Below are positions 10,009 through 22,475 of a DNA stretch of 64,000 bases, in pieces. The DNA is from Nemertoderma westbladi (taxonomy: Eukaryota; Animalia; Xenacoelomorpha). The notes below the pieces were generated by a model. It saw only the letters and a program-made list of their open reading frames with translations, was not told the origin of the DNA and did not search any database. The translations under genes and the position numbers were made by a program. The stretch covers positions 1,703 to 65,702 of the forward strand of contig JAUCBJ010000807.1 in NCBI GenBank assembly GCA_032718475.1, given 5' to 3'. The stretch's first letter is position 1, and each line of letters opens with the position of its first letter.

Positions 10009-13000
10009 CTATATAATCCAATAACAAGACCCATTGCACCCAGCGGGTCTCCGGTTCCTGCATCCAGGCCCACGGCACCCAGCGGGTCTCCGTTCCCTGC
10101 GTGTAGACCCACGGCACCCGGCGGGTCTCCGTTCCCTGCATGCAGACCCACGGCACCCGGCGGGTCTCCGGTCCCTGCATGTAGACCCACGGCACCCAGC
10201 GAGTCTCCGTTCCCTGCGTGCAGACCCACGGCACCCGGCGGGTCTCCGGTCCCTGCGTGTAGACCCACGGCACCCAGCGAGTCTCCGTTCCCTGCGTGTA
10301 GACCCACGGCACCCAGGGGGTCTCCGTTACCTGCGTGTAGACCCACGGCACCCGGCGGGTCTCCGGTCCCTGCATGTAGACCCACGGCACCCAGCGGATC
10401 TCCGTTCCCTGCGTCTGGACCCACGGCACCCAGCGAGTCTCCGGTCCCTGCGTGTAGACCCACGGCACCCAGCGAGTCTCCGTTCCCTGCGTGTAGACCC
10501 ACGGCACCCAGGGGGTCTCCGTTCCCTGCGTGTAGACCCACGGCACCCGGCGGGTCTCCGGTCCCTGCATGTAGACCCACGGCACCCAGCGGGTCTCCGT
10601 TCCCTGCGTCCGGACCCATGGCACCCAGCGAGTCTCCGGTCCCTGCGTGTAGACCCACGGCACCCAGCGAGTCTCCGTTCCCTGCGTGTAGACCCACGGC
10701 ACCCGGCGGGTCTCCGGTCCCTGCGTGTAGACCCACGGCACCCAGCGAGTCTCCGTTCCCTGCGTGTAGACCCACGGCACCCAGGGGGTCTCCGTTCCCT
10801 GCGTGTAGACCCACGGCACCCGGCGGGTCTCCGGTCCCTGCATGTAGACCCACGGCACCCAGCGGATCTCCGTTCCCTGCGTCTGGACCCACGGCACCCA
10901 GCGAGTCTCCGGTCCCTGCGTGTAGACCCACGGCACCCAGCGAGTCTCCGTTCCCTGCGTGTAGACCCACGGCACCCAGGGGGTCTCCGTTCCCTGCGTG
11001 TAGACCCACGGCACCCGGCGGGTCTCCGGTCCCTGCATGTAGACCCACGGCACCCAGCGGGTCTCCGTTCCCTGCGTCCGGACCCATGGCACCCAGCGAG
11101 TCTCCGGTCCCTGCGTGTAGACCCACGGCACCCAGCGAGTCTCCGTTCCCTGCGTGTAGACCCACGGCACCCGGCGGGTCTCCGGTCCCTGCGTGTAGAC
11201 CCACGGCACCCAGCGAGTCTCCGTTCCCTGCGTGTAGACCCACGGCACCCAGGGGGTCTCCGTTCCCTGCGTGTAGACCCACGGCACCCGGCGGGTCTCC
11301 GGTCCCTGCATGTAGACCCACGGCACCCAGCGGGTCTCCGTTCCCTGCGTCCGGACCCATGGCACCCAGCGGGTCAAACTCAAACATGAACACCCATAGA
11401 TCGGACTTACTTATATATAACACACAAGGTATTATTCGGCTAGATAAACGAAAGAACCTCGCAAATACTCTACTCACGTTAGATTATAATTTCGTGTGTT
11501 TATGTGAAACATGGTTAACACCAGATTTTAATGATAGGGAACTTTTTCTCAGTAAATATAATTTAGTTCGTGCAGAACGACCAGGTAAACCCGATGGTGT
11601 ATCCTCACATGGTGGTGCTTTAATCGCTATCAAATCCGGTATACCATATACCACACTAAACATCAAGGATGAGCTATCCGATAATTTTAATCTCTTAACC
11701 AATGCCGTTTGTGCTTGTACTTGTATTTTAAACAATAGGAAAATAGGGCTTGTATGTATATACAATCCCCCAAGTGAAAGTATATATCGTATTCCAATAT
11801 CTAATTTTATTATTCTTTTTAACATAATCAAAAACTGGGAAATAAATCTAAATGATTTAATTATTTGCGGTGACTTGAATCTGCCTAATGTGCATTGGGA
11901 CTCATTCTTTTCTAGGGATCCATATGAAAGTGCATTTTTAAATATTTTTGATGAATTTAATTTTAAACAATACGTTACATTCCCCACGAGAGGTTCAAAT
12001 ACGCTAGACATATTGCTTTTGAACTCTAATAACCTAATTGTGGATGTAAATTCATTTTTCGAAGGCTATAATCATTTGAAAACTAATTGTAAATCCGACC
12101 ACCATCCAGTACAAGTCATACTAAATGCAGCACCAAAACGTGTTCCCACCATTAACTCAACTAATCGTCATACAGTAGTTTCTGTAAACTTGATGTGGGT
12201 GTTGCCACAACCATCTGCACAAAGAACCCCTTCAGCGTAACGGTTGGACCCCATACAATAGAAGACCTAGATAATTTACTCACAAGATGGTACGAATGGA
12301 TTGGAAAAATAATTGAAGCTAGCGTACCAAGACGAACTCTCCATCGCTCAGTCTTACCACCATGGGTTACCCAACACACCTCACACAAATTACACAAACT
12401 GGAAACATTGAAACGCAGAGTTAACAAATACCCCGAACACAAAAAGCCACCACCATCTCTATTGAATAAACTACGAAATATGGAACACGAAATAAATACA
12501 GATCTAGAAACTGACCAGGCTCAACATGAATGCAAACTAGCCAGTAGTCGCTCTATGCAACAACTCTATAAATACTTCAAATCTTTACGAAACACCAGTG
12601 CAATACCACCTCTTGTAACTTATAATGGGTATACCGCATGTACACCGGCAGAACAAGCTGACCTTTTTTCCGAATTCTTCCACTCAGTTTACAAAAAGCC
12701 AGTAATAAAAACAGCAGCAATTACTCCTCCAACATTATCCCCCACTGAGGATCCCTACCACGATAATTTTATTGACGACTACGATGTGTCTGTATCCACT
12801 GTACAACTACTCCTAACATCACTAAATGTTACCAAAGCCAGAGGCCCCGATAACTTACCATCACGTTTCCTCCAACAACTAAGCGTACAACTAGCACCAT
12901 CTTTATCTGCATTATTTTTGGTGTTTAAAGACAACTGTTACTTTCCACGAGAATGGAAACATGCATCAATATCACCACGACATAAGAAGGGCAATAGAAC

Positions 13001-14390
13001 TCCAGTACCGCTTTACCGTTCAATATCTCTACTTTCCATCCCCTCGAAAATTCTAGAACGATGTATCTACATGCCAATTTACAGCCATCTTCGTCCACTT
13101 TATCATCACGCTCAGTATGGTTTTAGAAAAGGCCGCTCACCTGTTCTTCAACTGCTTGTGGTTTTAGATAAAATATATCACGCTATAGAAAATAATGATT
13201 CAACAATAGAAATAATTTATCTAGACTTTCAAAAGGCTTTTGACTCAATATCTCATAGTTCGGTGCTACTAAAGTTATGGAAATTAGGAATTCGGGGTAA
13301 ACTATGGGAAATGATACGTAGCTATCTATCAGATAGAACTCAATCAGTGAAAGTTGTGGATGCAGTGTCAAAAACTAAAGATGTTGACAGCGGGACTCCG
13401 CAAGGAAGTATTCTAGCAACATTGTTATTCTTAGTAGAATCGAATGACCTACCGAACATTTGCACACAAACAGACCCTTATCTACTCGCTGACGATTGCA
13501 AACTTGTTTCCATATATCCGACAACCAATCCCCCACAAATACAAGACGATTTAAATAAATTATCAGTCTGGGGTCAAAGTAACGGTCTTGAATTTAATAT
13601 CAGCAAATGTAAACAACTTATTTTTCAAGGGCAGTCCAACGTAAAATTTATTAATAGCCATCCGATAGAACGAACCACCTCAGAAAAAGATCTGGGAGTC
13701 ACCTTCTCATCGAATATTACCTGGACCGCACACGTAACTGAAAAATGCAGTAAAGGAAACATGGCCTTCCAACTAATAAAACGTAACTGTGCATCAAATC
13801 TTACCGCTCTATCGAAATTAAATATGTACAAATCTATGATTCTACCGATAATAACCTATGCATCACCATGTTGGTCTCCAAATAAACACGACCTATCACG
13901 TATAGAGAGTCTACAACGACGTGCCACTATCTGGATACTACGAGATAATGAATCGACTTACACAGATCGGCTCAAATCACTCAACATACTCCCCCTTTCT
14001 CTCTACCTACAACTCCTAGATTTGATGACGCTGTCGAAGATTATCGCTGGAAAATGCGATATCAACTGGGAAGAACACCTCAAACTAAGCAGACCATCAA
14101 ACCAAAATACTCGTTCAAATGATCGGATTTTATTTAATGTTGTGCGGCCGAAGAAATGCAAGTCAGAACAAAACTTTTGGTTCCGAGTACCTTACATTGC
14201 AAATGTATTACCTAATCGAATCAATTTCACAAACCATGTAGGGCTTAAATCTCGTCTGATCGATTTATTTTGGAGGTACTTCATTAAACACTACTCAATT
14301 GATATTCCCTGTAGCTGGTCGGTGTGCTGCAGCTGCGTCTTGATGAACTGTAGAAATAATAACTCTCGTCTCGATGATTTATACCCGTAG
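10009..14390 (+). pseudogene. CR1 ORF2: repeat linker, APE endonuclease, reverse transcriptase and C-terminal Cys motif, with one frameshift near 12170
   Basis: APE motifs CLCETWL, GDLNLP, NTLDILL, SDHHPV. RT motifs DFQKAFD, GTPQGSIL, ADDCKL, EKDLGV. ORFs 10618-12240 and 12195-14390 overlap out of frame. Confidence 0.9.
10027..11373. repeat. 39-bp GC-rich tandem array (~35 units) encoding PACRPTAPxGSPx, with a 468-bp higher-order repeat
   Basis: Variant units recur 468 bp apart (atg at 10618 and 11086; gcgtctggac at 10411 and 10879). Confidence 0.97.
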
Positions 14391-15989
14391 ATAACGACTT
14401 ATATTCTATAATGCTTTATTTAATTAATACAAATTTTATTACATTTCACATCCACTCTGACCCTTTTAATACGTATTTACTGCATCTCATTTTAAATTTA
14501 TACGCATATATTTAATTTCATTTTTACGACATCAGAGACCGACCCTTTTATTAATACGTATATATATATTTCATCTTATTTTAATACAAATATTTATATC
14601 TAATTTCATATAACATCCAGTCTTCTGACCCTTTTAACTTCTTCGTTTAATCTCATAATTAGCACGGCCTTTTTAGACCAATTACATACAGTAATAATTT
14701 TAACTCGATGTATTTTAATGTACCTTAAATAATTATTAACTCATATTTTAAACTAAGTAATGTATGTAATGTATCTTTTATGGGGGAAACCCCATCACCA
14801 TATAATACTATAGTTAAATTGTCTATGCAGTCTTTGTTCAGTTCTAAGTTATGGTGTAAATTTATATTAATAATAATAATAATAATATCCGATAGTCAAC
14901 AGAAGAACTCTGTCAAACTAAAAGTCATTCAGCTGGCGTGACAGTGAGTAACCTTGTAGATATTCCCATACAGTGGGATTTATGGGAAGAGCTATAAGCT
15001 GGGGTAATACTGTACATAGGCTACATAATCGACCTAGTAAACACAACCTTACTAAACTTGGCAAGTAATATACTTCTCCGCAGTTTGGGCCTATTCAATA
15101 ATAGCATTCATTACTAGACCCTATTTATCATTTTTTTATGAGCACACCAGCGCAGCTGCCGATTCTATCATTGAGTCTATGAAAATTTTCGTGTTTTGGG
15201 GCAATTTTCGAAGTAGAACAACATGCACAATAAATGAGTTTTTATAACAATATTAATAAGCCTAAGGTACGAATTAGTTAATCAGTCAGAATACTTCAGT
15301 TAGATTTTAAACCCGTCTTAGGTTTTAGGTCTTTAGGTCTTAGGTTTGAAACCCGTCTATCCGGTCAGAATGTGTCCGTCATCTCATAAGTCAGTCGGTA
15401 GGCCGTCAAAGGACCGTCGGTAGTCCGACTGGTCTATCCCTTGCTTTGCCTAGTGTCACCGTAGCCCGAATCCTTTTCAGGCTCGTGCTACGCTAACCGG
15501 CTCCGCTCGACTGTCCGCTAACTTATCCACTAATTTAAAAATTATATATTTAGATTTTATAGATTTTACGTTATGCCCGTCATCCATATAGCACTACTTT
15601 ATCGCGACTACTGTTGTCAAAACTCTACGTGACCGTTGTTTAGCCCCATAAGGGGAGTCTGTAGAGCTGGTGGTGCCTAAATTCCGTCAATAATATTGGT
15701 CTTCGACTTGGTCATGTTGCTGACTAGAATTGTTCAACTTCACAGCTTTAAATCAACTACAGGTACAAATATTATTACTGTAGTTGCTATTATTGACCCA
15801 TCCCGCTAAAAGTCTCACGTCAAGTAGCAAAATGTTTTGCCTTCGTATGGCTTACCCCATTACTGTACCTTACAAATTTCTATAAATTACTAACAAGCTG
15901 ACATGCCGTCTTCAGGGAGTGGAGTTTCATAATGAATGTTATTGTAAATTCTGGGGTCTACGCTCCCTTGTACTAATAAAAACGCTTGG

Positions 15990-16031
15990 TTTCCGATCGA
16001 TTTCTGGCACTAAGGCCCTTCTTCAGGGAAA
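15990..16031 (-). ncRNA. Minimal type I hammerhead ribozyme motif, probably degenerate
   Basis: Minus strand: tttcc CTGAAGA ag ggc cttagt gcc a GAAA tcga TC ggaaa. Stem I is tttcc/ggaaa and stem III is the palindrome atcgat. The base of stem II is a G-A mismatch. Confidence 0.65.
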
Positions 16032-16210
16032 TAATATATTAAATGAAATATTACATAGTACTGCAATGAAAAGATAGACCTAATATTTAGAGTACTGATT
16101 TAAATTTCAGTCCTACGCGCTACGCTACGGTACATTGCACGTGCCGTGCACAGTTTGGAAGGTATAAAAACTGATAAATGAAATAATGGTACCGGTATAA
16201 TAGGCTAACG

Positions 16211-16241
<31 letters not shown>

Positions 16242-16393
16242 CACAAACACAAACAAAATCGAAAAATAGGATAAGGCGTAATAATTATTGTAGAGTAATA
16301 TATGAAAAAATTTTTTATTGAAATAAAAACTACTATAGTGAAAAACAAATAAACTCGGCGGATGGAACTGAATATTTTATCCAGTTCATCACT

Positions 16394-19300
16394 ATAATTA
16401 TAGTTTCAAGTTGTCTAGAATATTTATCGTACACCACCGGGACTACCCTCACACTAATTTATCAGACAGAACAAAAAGCTTTCACTTGACTCGTACTGTC
16501 TCCTACGACTTGCTTCATGGGACACATAGGCCCGTCTCTAGTAATATGTATAAATAGTTACAGTACATTCTATTATAATATGTGTCATAACATGCAGTAG
16601 TAAGTGTGCTATGCTGTATATTCTGCAGAAGACATTTGCAATGCTATGAGGTTCCACAATGACACAGTGAACAAACTAGTAGAAGTACAATTTCATATCG
16701 CTTCTACTAAAACCTCTATCCCACATTAGCTAGTGCGCACATATTTGGTTACGTCATTGACAGATGGTCGCGCATCCTAGTGTTATAACGTAATTTACGA
16801 TCGACCCTCATCCCCGCCTCCTCCCATCCCCGCCTCCTCCCATCCCCGCCTCCTCCCATCCCCGCCTCCTCTCATCCCCACCTCCTCCTATCTCCGCCTC
16901 CTCCCATCCCCGCCTCCTTCCATCCCCTCATCCTCCCATCCCCGCTCTCTTCCCATCCCTTCTCATCCGCACCGCGTCATAGAGAGTAGCCACAATCATT
17001 AGTTCAGCTATTAGTCCTACTCAGTTCTCCCTTTGCTTACTTTATGGAACGAAGAGTAAAAAGTGAATTTATTTTATTTTATGCTATTCTGTGTCATTAT
17101 GTTTTATAGGATTATATACTGTACAGTGATATGCAATACATGCCACACCATGTCGTTCCATGACATGATATGTTGATGCTGTGTATGCCAACATTAGTGC
17201 GGCACTATGTTTGAAGTTTAGTACATAAAGTTATATACAGTATATACAGTAGGCCTATATTAGTGCGGCGCTTTGCTTTGACTTATCATCCATGCCTCAT
17301 CTATGAAACAAACAGAAGCATTGATGTTGCGCGCTCACGCCAGCCACCAGCAGATTATCTGTCTAGTATAATTGAGTAAGCGATTGATTGTACTTGGACG
17401 AAAGTATATAATTGGGAGGAATTATTGTAGCTTTTTTCACAGTATCTAGTCAATTTACTTTCTAAACTTTTGTTAGAAAGTTACCTTCTAAAATCTGCCT
17501 GCTTGGCCTGGCATGACCAACAGGGGTCTTGTCTGGTACTGCTCTTGTGCTGGCCTGGCTCATCTCTGGTTCTGGCATGGCTCCGACAGCCACAGAGCTC
17601 ATTACTCATATTCACTGGACTTTTCGGTGCACTACTGCTCTCTTGCTGGATCTAATCATGATTGATCATATTTGTGACTGTTTTTGACCTGGACTCCATC
17701 CACTGTTGCACTGCTGTTGTTTTGTCCAGAATCGCGCAATACTCGGGTTCATACGATTTCATATCGGGCACTAACTGGTTTTGGTCTAGCCATGACCTTC
17801 TATAATAGTAGTTTATAATAGTAGTTATAGTAAGTAGGTCATGGTCTAGCCCTGGAAATTCTCTAGCTTTGACCAGGATCCACCCTTGCATTGGCTATAT
17901 GGATCACTATAGCGGAGTGTGATATGGATCACACTCCGTTCTGGTACTGTTCTGGTTCGAGTAGTCGTCCTGTGCCCTGATATTGCTCTGGTTATGGACG
18001 GCTTCTATAATGAAATTGCTCTGGTTCTAGGCGGCCTCTGCCTGGGCTCTCTATACTATACTACCTGCTGCTATACTACTGTAGCACTTCGACATGGCTG
18101 TAACGCGGTACATATGGGGTTCTGACATGGCCCTATACTGTAGTAGTATTGAGTATTGAGTGTAGTACACTCAATACAAACTCTCATCCAATTTTATGCC
18201 CACCTCACACGGAGAAACTTTTTCTGCAACTTGTTTCAGAAACTTGTTGCTGGACCCCCTCACACACAGAAACATGTTGCTGCAACTTGTTTCCGAAACT
18301 TGTTTCTGTGTGTGAGGAGTCCAGCAACAAGTTGCTGCAACTTGTTTCCAAAACTTGTTTCTGTGTGTGAGGAGTCCAGCAACAAGTTGCTGCAACTTGT
18401 TTCTGAAACTTGTTTCTGTGTGTGAGGGGGTCCAGCAACAAGATGCTGGAAGTTATATTCCCAGCAATTTTTTTTAAAAACTTTTATTACATCCAAATTT
18501 TTATATTAGAGCTAATATTCGATAATTTGAGTGATATGATATTATATATAAATGCCTGGACATGTTAGCTATTTATTTAGAAATAATTGTTATTTTCTTG
18601 AGCAACAAGTTTCTGTGTGTGTGGGGGTCCAGCAACAAGTTTCAAAACAAGTTGCTCCGTGTGAGGGGGGCCTAATTTGGGGTGTCGCAATTCACCTGAA
18701 ACTCTGTGTACCGTACGTTTTTAGTGAGTTTACTTTTCATCTAGGCCTAGTATAACCCCCCCCCCCCCCCCCCCCCCCCCAGGAAGGGGAGGGGGATTTT
18801 TATAGCAAGCGCTTCCGAATCGGGGCTATTCTTCACATTAGTCGTAAATTTTCATATCATTAGAAAGCTTGCATTGCAAGAATTCCTAATATCTAACAAT
18901 GTTTGAATTTCGTTTAGAAACAGCTGAGATAAAGGCGTTCAAAGATTGTAAGTATTGTTCGCTGAAGGCCATTTATTCTATTTAATAAATACACAATGTT
19001 CTGGAACATTTTTTTTATCTATGTGTAGCTACGCAATAATAGAATAGACTGAATAGGCATAACGTTGTTTTATTATTATACAGTAGAATAAATGGCCTGC
19101 AGCGAACGATAATTCTTGTAATCTTTGAACGCATATTCCTCAGCTGTTTCTCAACGAAATTCAGATATTGTTACATATTTGGAATCCTTGCAACGCAAGC
19201 TTTCTATTGATGTGAAAAAATTACAACTAATGTGAACAATAGCAATGGTTCGGAGGGTGCGATTTTGTAAAAGACACTTTTGTAAATGCGTATTCAAAAA

Positions 19301-19440
19301 ATTTTACTTCAAAATCGAAAATCCCGGCTTCATGGTGTCAACGTCGGTGAGTTGAACTAGTTGCGTTTCAAATTTCAAGCAATATGATAAAGATTTGTAA
19401 AAAAATTCATCTCAGAAAATTACACTAAATTACGGGTAGT
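16394..19440 (-). repeat. Right arm of the large inverted repeat
   Basis: Reverse complement of 3553-5608 plus 7096-8131. Confidence 0.95.
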
Positions 19441-19572
19441 CTTAAAGATGCGGATGATCTAGCAAATGTCATGGGTGATAGGGAGTTGTGGCGGTGCAAT
19501 TTTGTTGACAAGCCGGCACAGCATTCTTAAAAATGCAGCTGCAATGCAGCATGCCGATCCTAGTAGTAGTAG
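19441..19572 (+). mobile_element. Short 3' fragment of the same RTE family
   Basis: Near identical to 6954-7085, including the (TAG)n tail. Confidence 0.93.
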
Positions 19573-19990
19573 CCCACGCGCGTCCCTCGTGTAATAGTTT
19601 GATCCCCACTGCCCGGGGGCAATTGTCCGGGGGGGGCAATTGTCCTAGATCCGGACTACAGTACTTTATTTACTGTATACCTACTGTCATATCTACTGTA
19701 CTGTGCCAAACTTTTGTAAGGAGAACTTCAACTGGTATTACTGATATTTCTACATTAGATAATGTATTTTACATTCTTTTTAAAATCCTGGAAATATATA
19801 CAAGCAAATCTTGCTTCTGATCTGGAAAGGAGTAGATGAAACCAATCGTAAATAGAAGAACGTCAGCTAAATCCGTGTAGGCACACCCACACAATAACGA
19901 CAACTTCCTCCATATCTGTCATTTGTTCCGGACAATTGCCCCCTGGACAACTGCCCCCCGGACAATTGCCCTCCGGACAATTGCCTCCCT
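19573..19990. mobile_element. Two back-to-back DNA-transposon/MITE-like ends with (ggacaattgcccc)n subterminal repeats
   Basis: ggggcaattgtcc twice at 19615-19645, and ggacaattgccc about 4 times at 19929-19988 in the opposite orientation. 19573-19614 is one reverse unit of the 25318 array. Confidence 0.55.
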
Positions 19991-21166
19991 AAGAGAATAT
20001 TGTCAGAAAAAGAAAGTAATAAAATAAAATATACTCTCGTAAGCAACAACTACTGCGCAGTAATAAAAATAAGTTAATGTAAGTATGTTCATTTAATACA
20101 GTATATAAAATAAATATATTATAAATAATTATTAAATAATAATATTATTAAATATATTATATTTTATTTTATTTGTTTCTGTTTATATCATTGTTCCGCC
20201 GGCTGCTGTGCGCAGTCATATTTACATTTGTTCCATAATTAGGCCTACTGATTACTTGTTACATCATTATATAGAGGGGGTGGGGGGGGGGGGGGGGGGG
20301 TCGAATGTGTATCCACTGTATTTTTTAGAATTCGCGGTCATTATAAGTCGATCCATTACCCATTGTTTGTTAATTCTATTGCTTTCAGTCCCTTCTAACT
20401 CAAAGTATTGAGTTGTATAAGTATTTTTATAAATAACAACTTACTGAATATTACTAAGCAGTTTTTAAGAGTTGTGATTTTAGAATTGATCGTTGATCGT
20501 CAGACTTGTTAGACTTGTTTCGGGTCGTTTCAGGTACCGATGTGAGTTAGCTGCCTGTCTCCTTTGTTATGTTTGTTTGTTGTTTGTTATTTGACGAGTG
20601 TCGGGTATGTAAATAGGTTTTGTAATAGTCGATATCTGTGATTGCCTTACTGTACATTAAAGATACTGCCGAGACATAATGGCGCCAGTAGTCGCGTCAG
20701 CAGTCTGTCTATTACCGACTGTACTTACAGCTATTAATAATTACTGTACTATCCATAGTCCTATACTGTACTGTACTGTACATAGTCTTATACAGTAGAC
20801 ATCAGATTGTAATCTATGTTGATAATTAAAATACAATGATACGTACACTAAGGTACCGCAGCTCTCAAATAGTCCAATTATATGATATGATAATTGCTTT
20901 CTTTACTGCAGCCAGGGGCGGCTTGTGATTGTAGACAGATGGTTTACTGTTTATTGCAGTATACAGTATGTTGGTATTTGTTAACATAATTTGTATTGAA
21001 TTGGTGGAATGTAGGTATTTATCCTTTTGACACCACAACCCCCCCCCCCCCCCCCCACCCCCCAGCCATAATGTACATGAATGGTTTAAAGTCTACGCTT
21101 AAACTCAGTTAATATGAGAATATATAAAATAACACATAAGAATATATAAGAATAAATAATATAACA

Positions 21167-21890
21167 CAGGTTGTAAATTAGGTTCCCTACTGTTGAATCA
21201 TTTATTATAGTATGCTGATGAATTTGGTTATATTTTCTCCGAGCATTTTTGGTTTACGTCGGTTCTTGGGTCTGTGAACAGTGCGGAATTGAATTTGACA
21301 TAATTTTTAACCCTGTGTAATCACACTGTGTATATTTTTTTCCCAATAAATTTGGTAGGGCCGCTGATGTGTATTTAGGAGGTTTGCCTCTACTGTGTGT
21401 TATTAAGCAGGTACAATATTTAGGACACATTATCAGCTGTGATCTCTCTGACGAGGCTGACATGCAGCGTCAGAAATGTAATTTGTACTGTAGAGGAAAT
21501 CAGTTGGTAAGACGTTTTTCGAAGTGTTCAATATCAATTAAAATTTTGTTGTTTAAGACTTTCTGTTACAATATATATGGCTGTTCTCTGCGGTCGATAT
21601 TTAGAATGGAAAAGCGTATAATACTACTTTTCGACAGATTTTCGGTTATGGTCGCACAGAGGATGCAGACACTTTATTTGTCGCGAATAGGATTAATAAT
21701 TTCAAAGCTGTAATTCGTACTAATATGTTTTCGCTTTTATCGAGAGTTAGTAAATCAGCTAACAAATTTATTACTGTTTGTGTTTCTACCTGTAGAGAAT
21801 CCTCTGTATTGTTTCAGCGCTGGTATACTGCTCTTGGTGTATAATTATGTTAAATAATCTCGGTTTCGGTGTATATTAATTAATAAATAA
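21167..21890 (+). pseudogene. Decayed 3' end of an RTE-X-like LINE RT
   Basis: GCKLGSLLLNHLL..YADE, VQYLGHIISCDLSDEADMQRQ, LLFKTFCYNIYG; taataaataa tail; stops and frameshifts. Confidence 0.75.
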
Positions 21891-21946
21891 ATTGGAGTTT
21901 GAGCTGTTAATGCAACTGTAATTAAAGATGTAATATTATGGTTTTG

Positions 21947-22164
21947 TTCAGAAATGGAAAAAATGAGAAAGAGCGTCACCGGGGGTTGAACCAGCGCTAT
22001 ACGTACGTTTCACCCTATCAGGAGTGGATTAGGTGGGATAGTGAATGTCAGGGACAAGTGGCTGAACTAGTTAGCGCTACTGAAGAGGCCTGATAGGCTG
22101 AAACGTACGTATAGCGCTGGTTCAACCCCCGGTGACGCCCTTTCTCATTTTTTCCATTTCTGAA
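21947..22164. mobile_element. Penelope-like element terminus with 76-bp inverted arms
   Basis: 21947-22022 is a near-perfect reverse complement of 22089-22164, and the structure contains a hammerhead. Confidence 0.7.
22069..22122 (+). ncRNA. Minimal type I hammerhead ribozyme
   Basis: agttagcgcta CTGAAGA ggcct gat aggct GAAA cgtacg TA tagcgctggtt: intact core, stem I of 11 bp including G-U pairs, palindromic stem III, GUA cleavage triplet. Confidence 0.88.
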
Positions 22165-22475
22165 GACACGCATGAAGTATAGACTGAAGTAGAGTGTTGG
22201 GACACGATTGTATCCTGTGGATCATATTTGTGCCGGTTTTGAATATTTCTGCTGACAACGAATAACATCCGAGTAAAGAGTAGACTACAGCATTGCTCGC
22301 ATATGACCCGAGAAACAATAGACCCCGGAGGATCTTGCGATCGCATGTGTTTCACGTCGAAAGACGTTTTGCGAAGGCTGACAGTTATTAATAAAGTTTC
22401 GTTTCATCGTTTCACCAGATGTTAGTGATCCGTTGTTTAGACGAGATAATAATTCCTTCTTGCAGTATGAGAATG

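Larger units (their letters stand above)
8390..14886 (+). mobile_element. Near full-length CR1-clade LINE (5' boundary approximate)
   Basis: ORF1 plus APE-RT ORF2, an AT-rich 3' UTR and an (AAT)n tail at ~14869-14886. Confidence 0.9.

Noticed and set aside
9965-11477. Long ORFs of 451-498 aa on both strands (TRWVPWVYTQG, GDPLGAVGLHAG, LRVDPRHPAG repeats)
   Set aside because: They are by-products of a stop-poor 39-bp array. Only the frame continuous with the endonuclease is credible.
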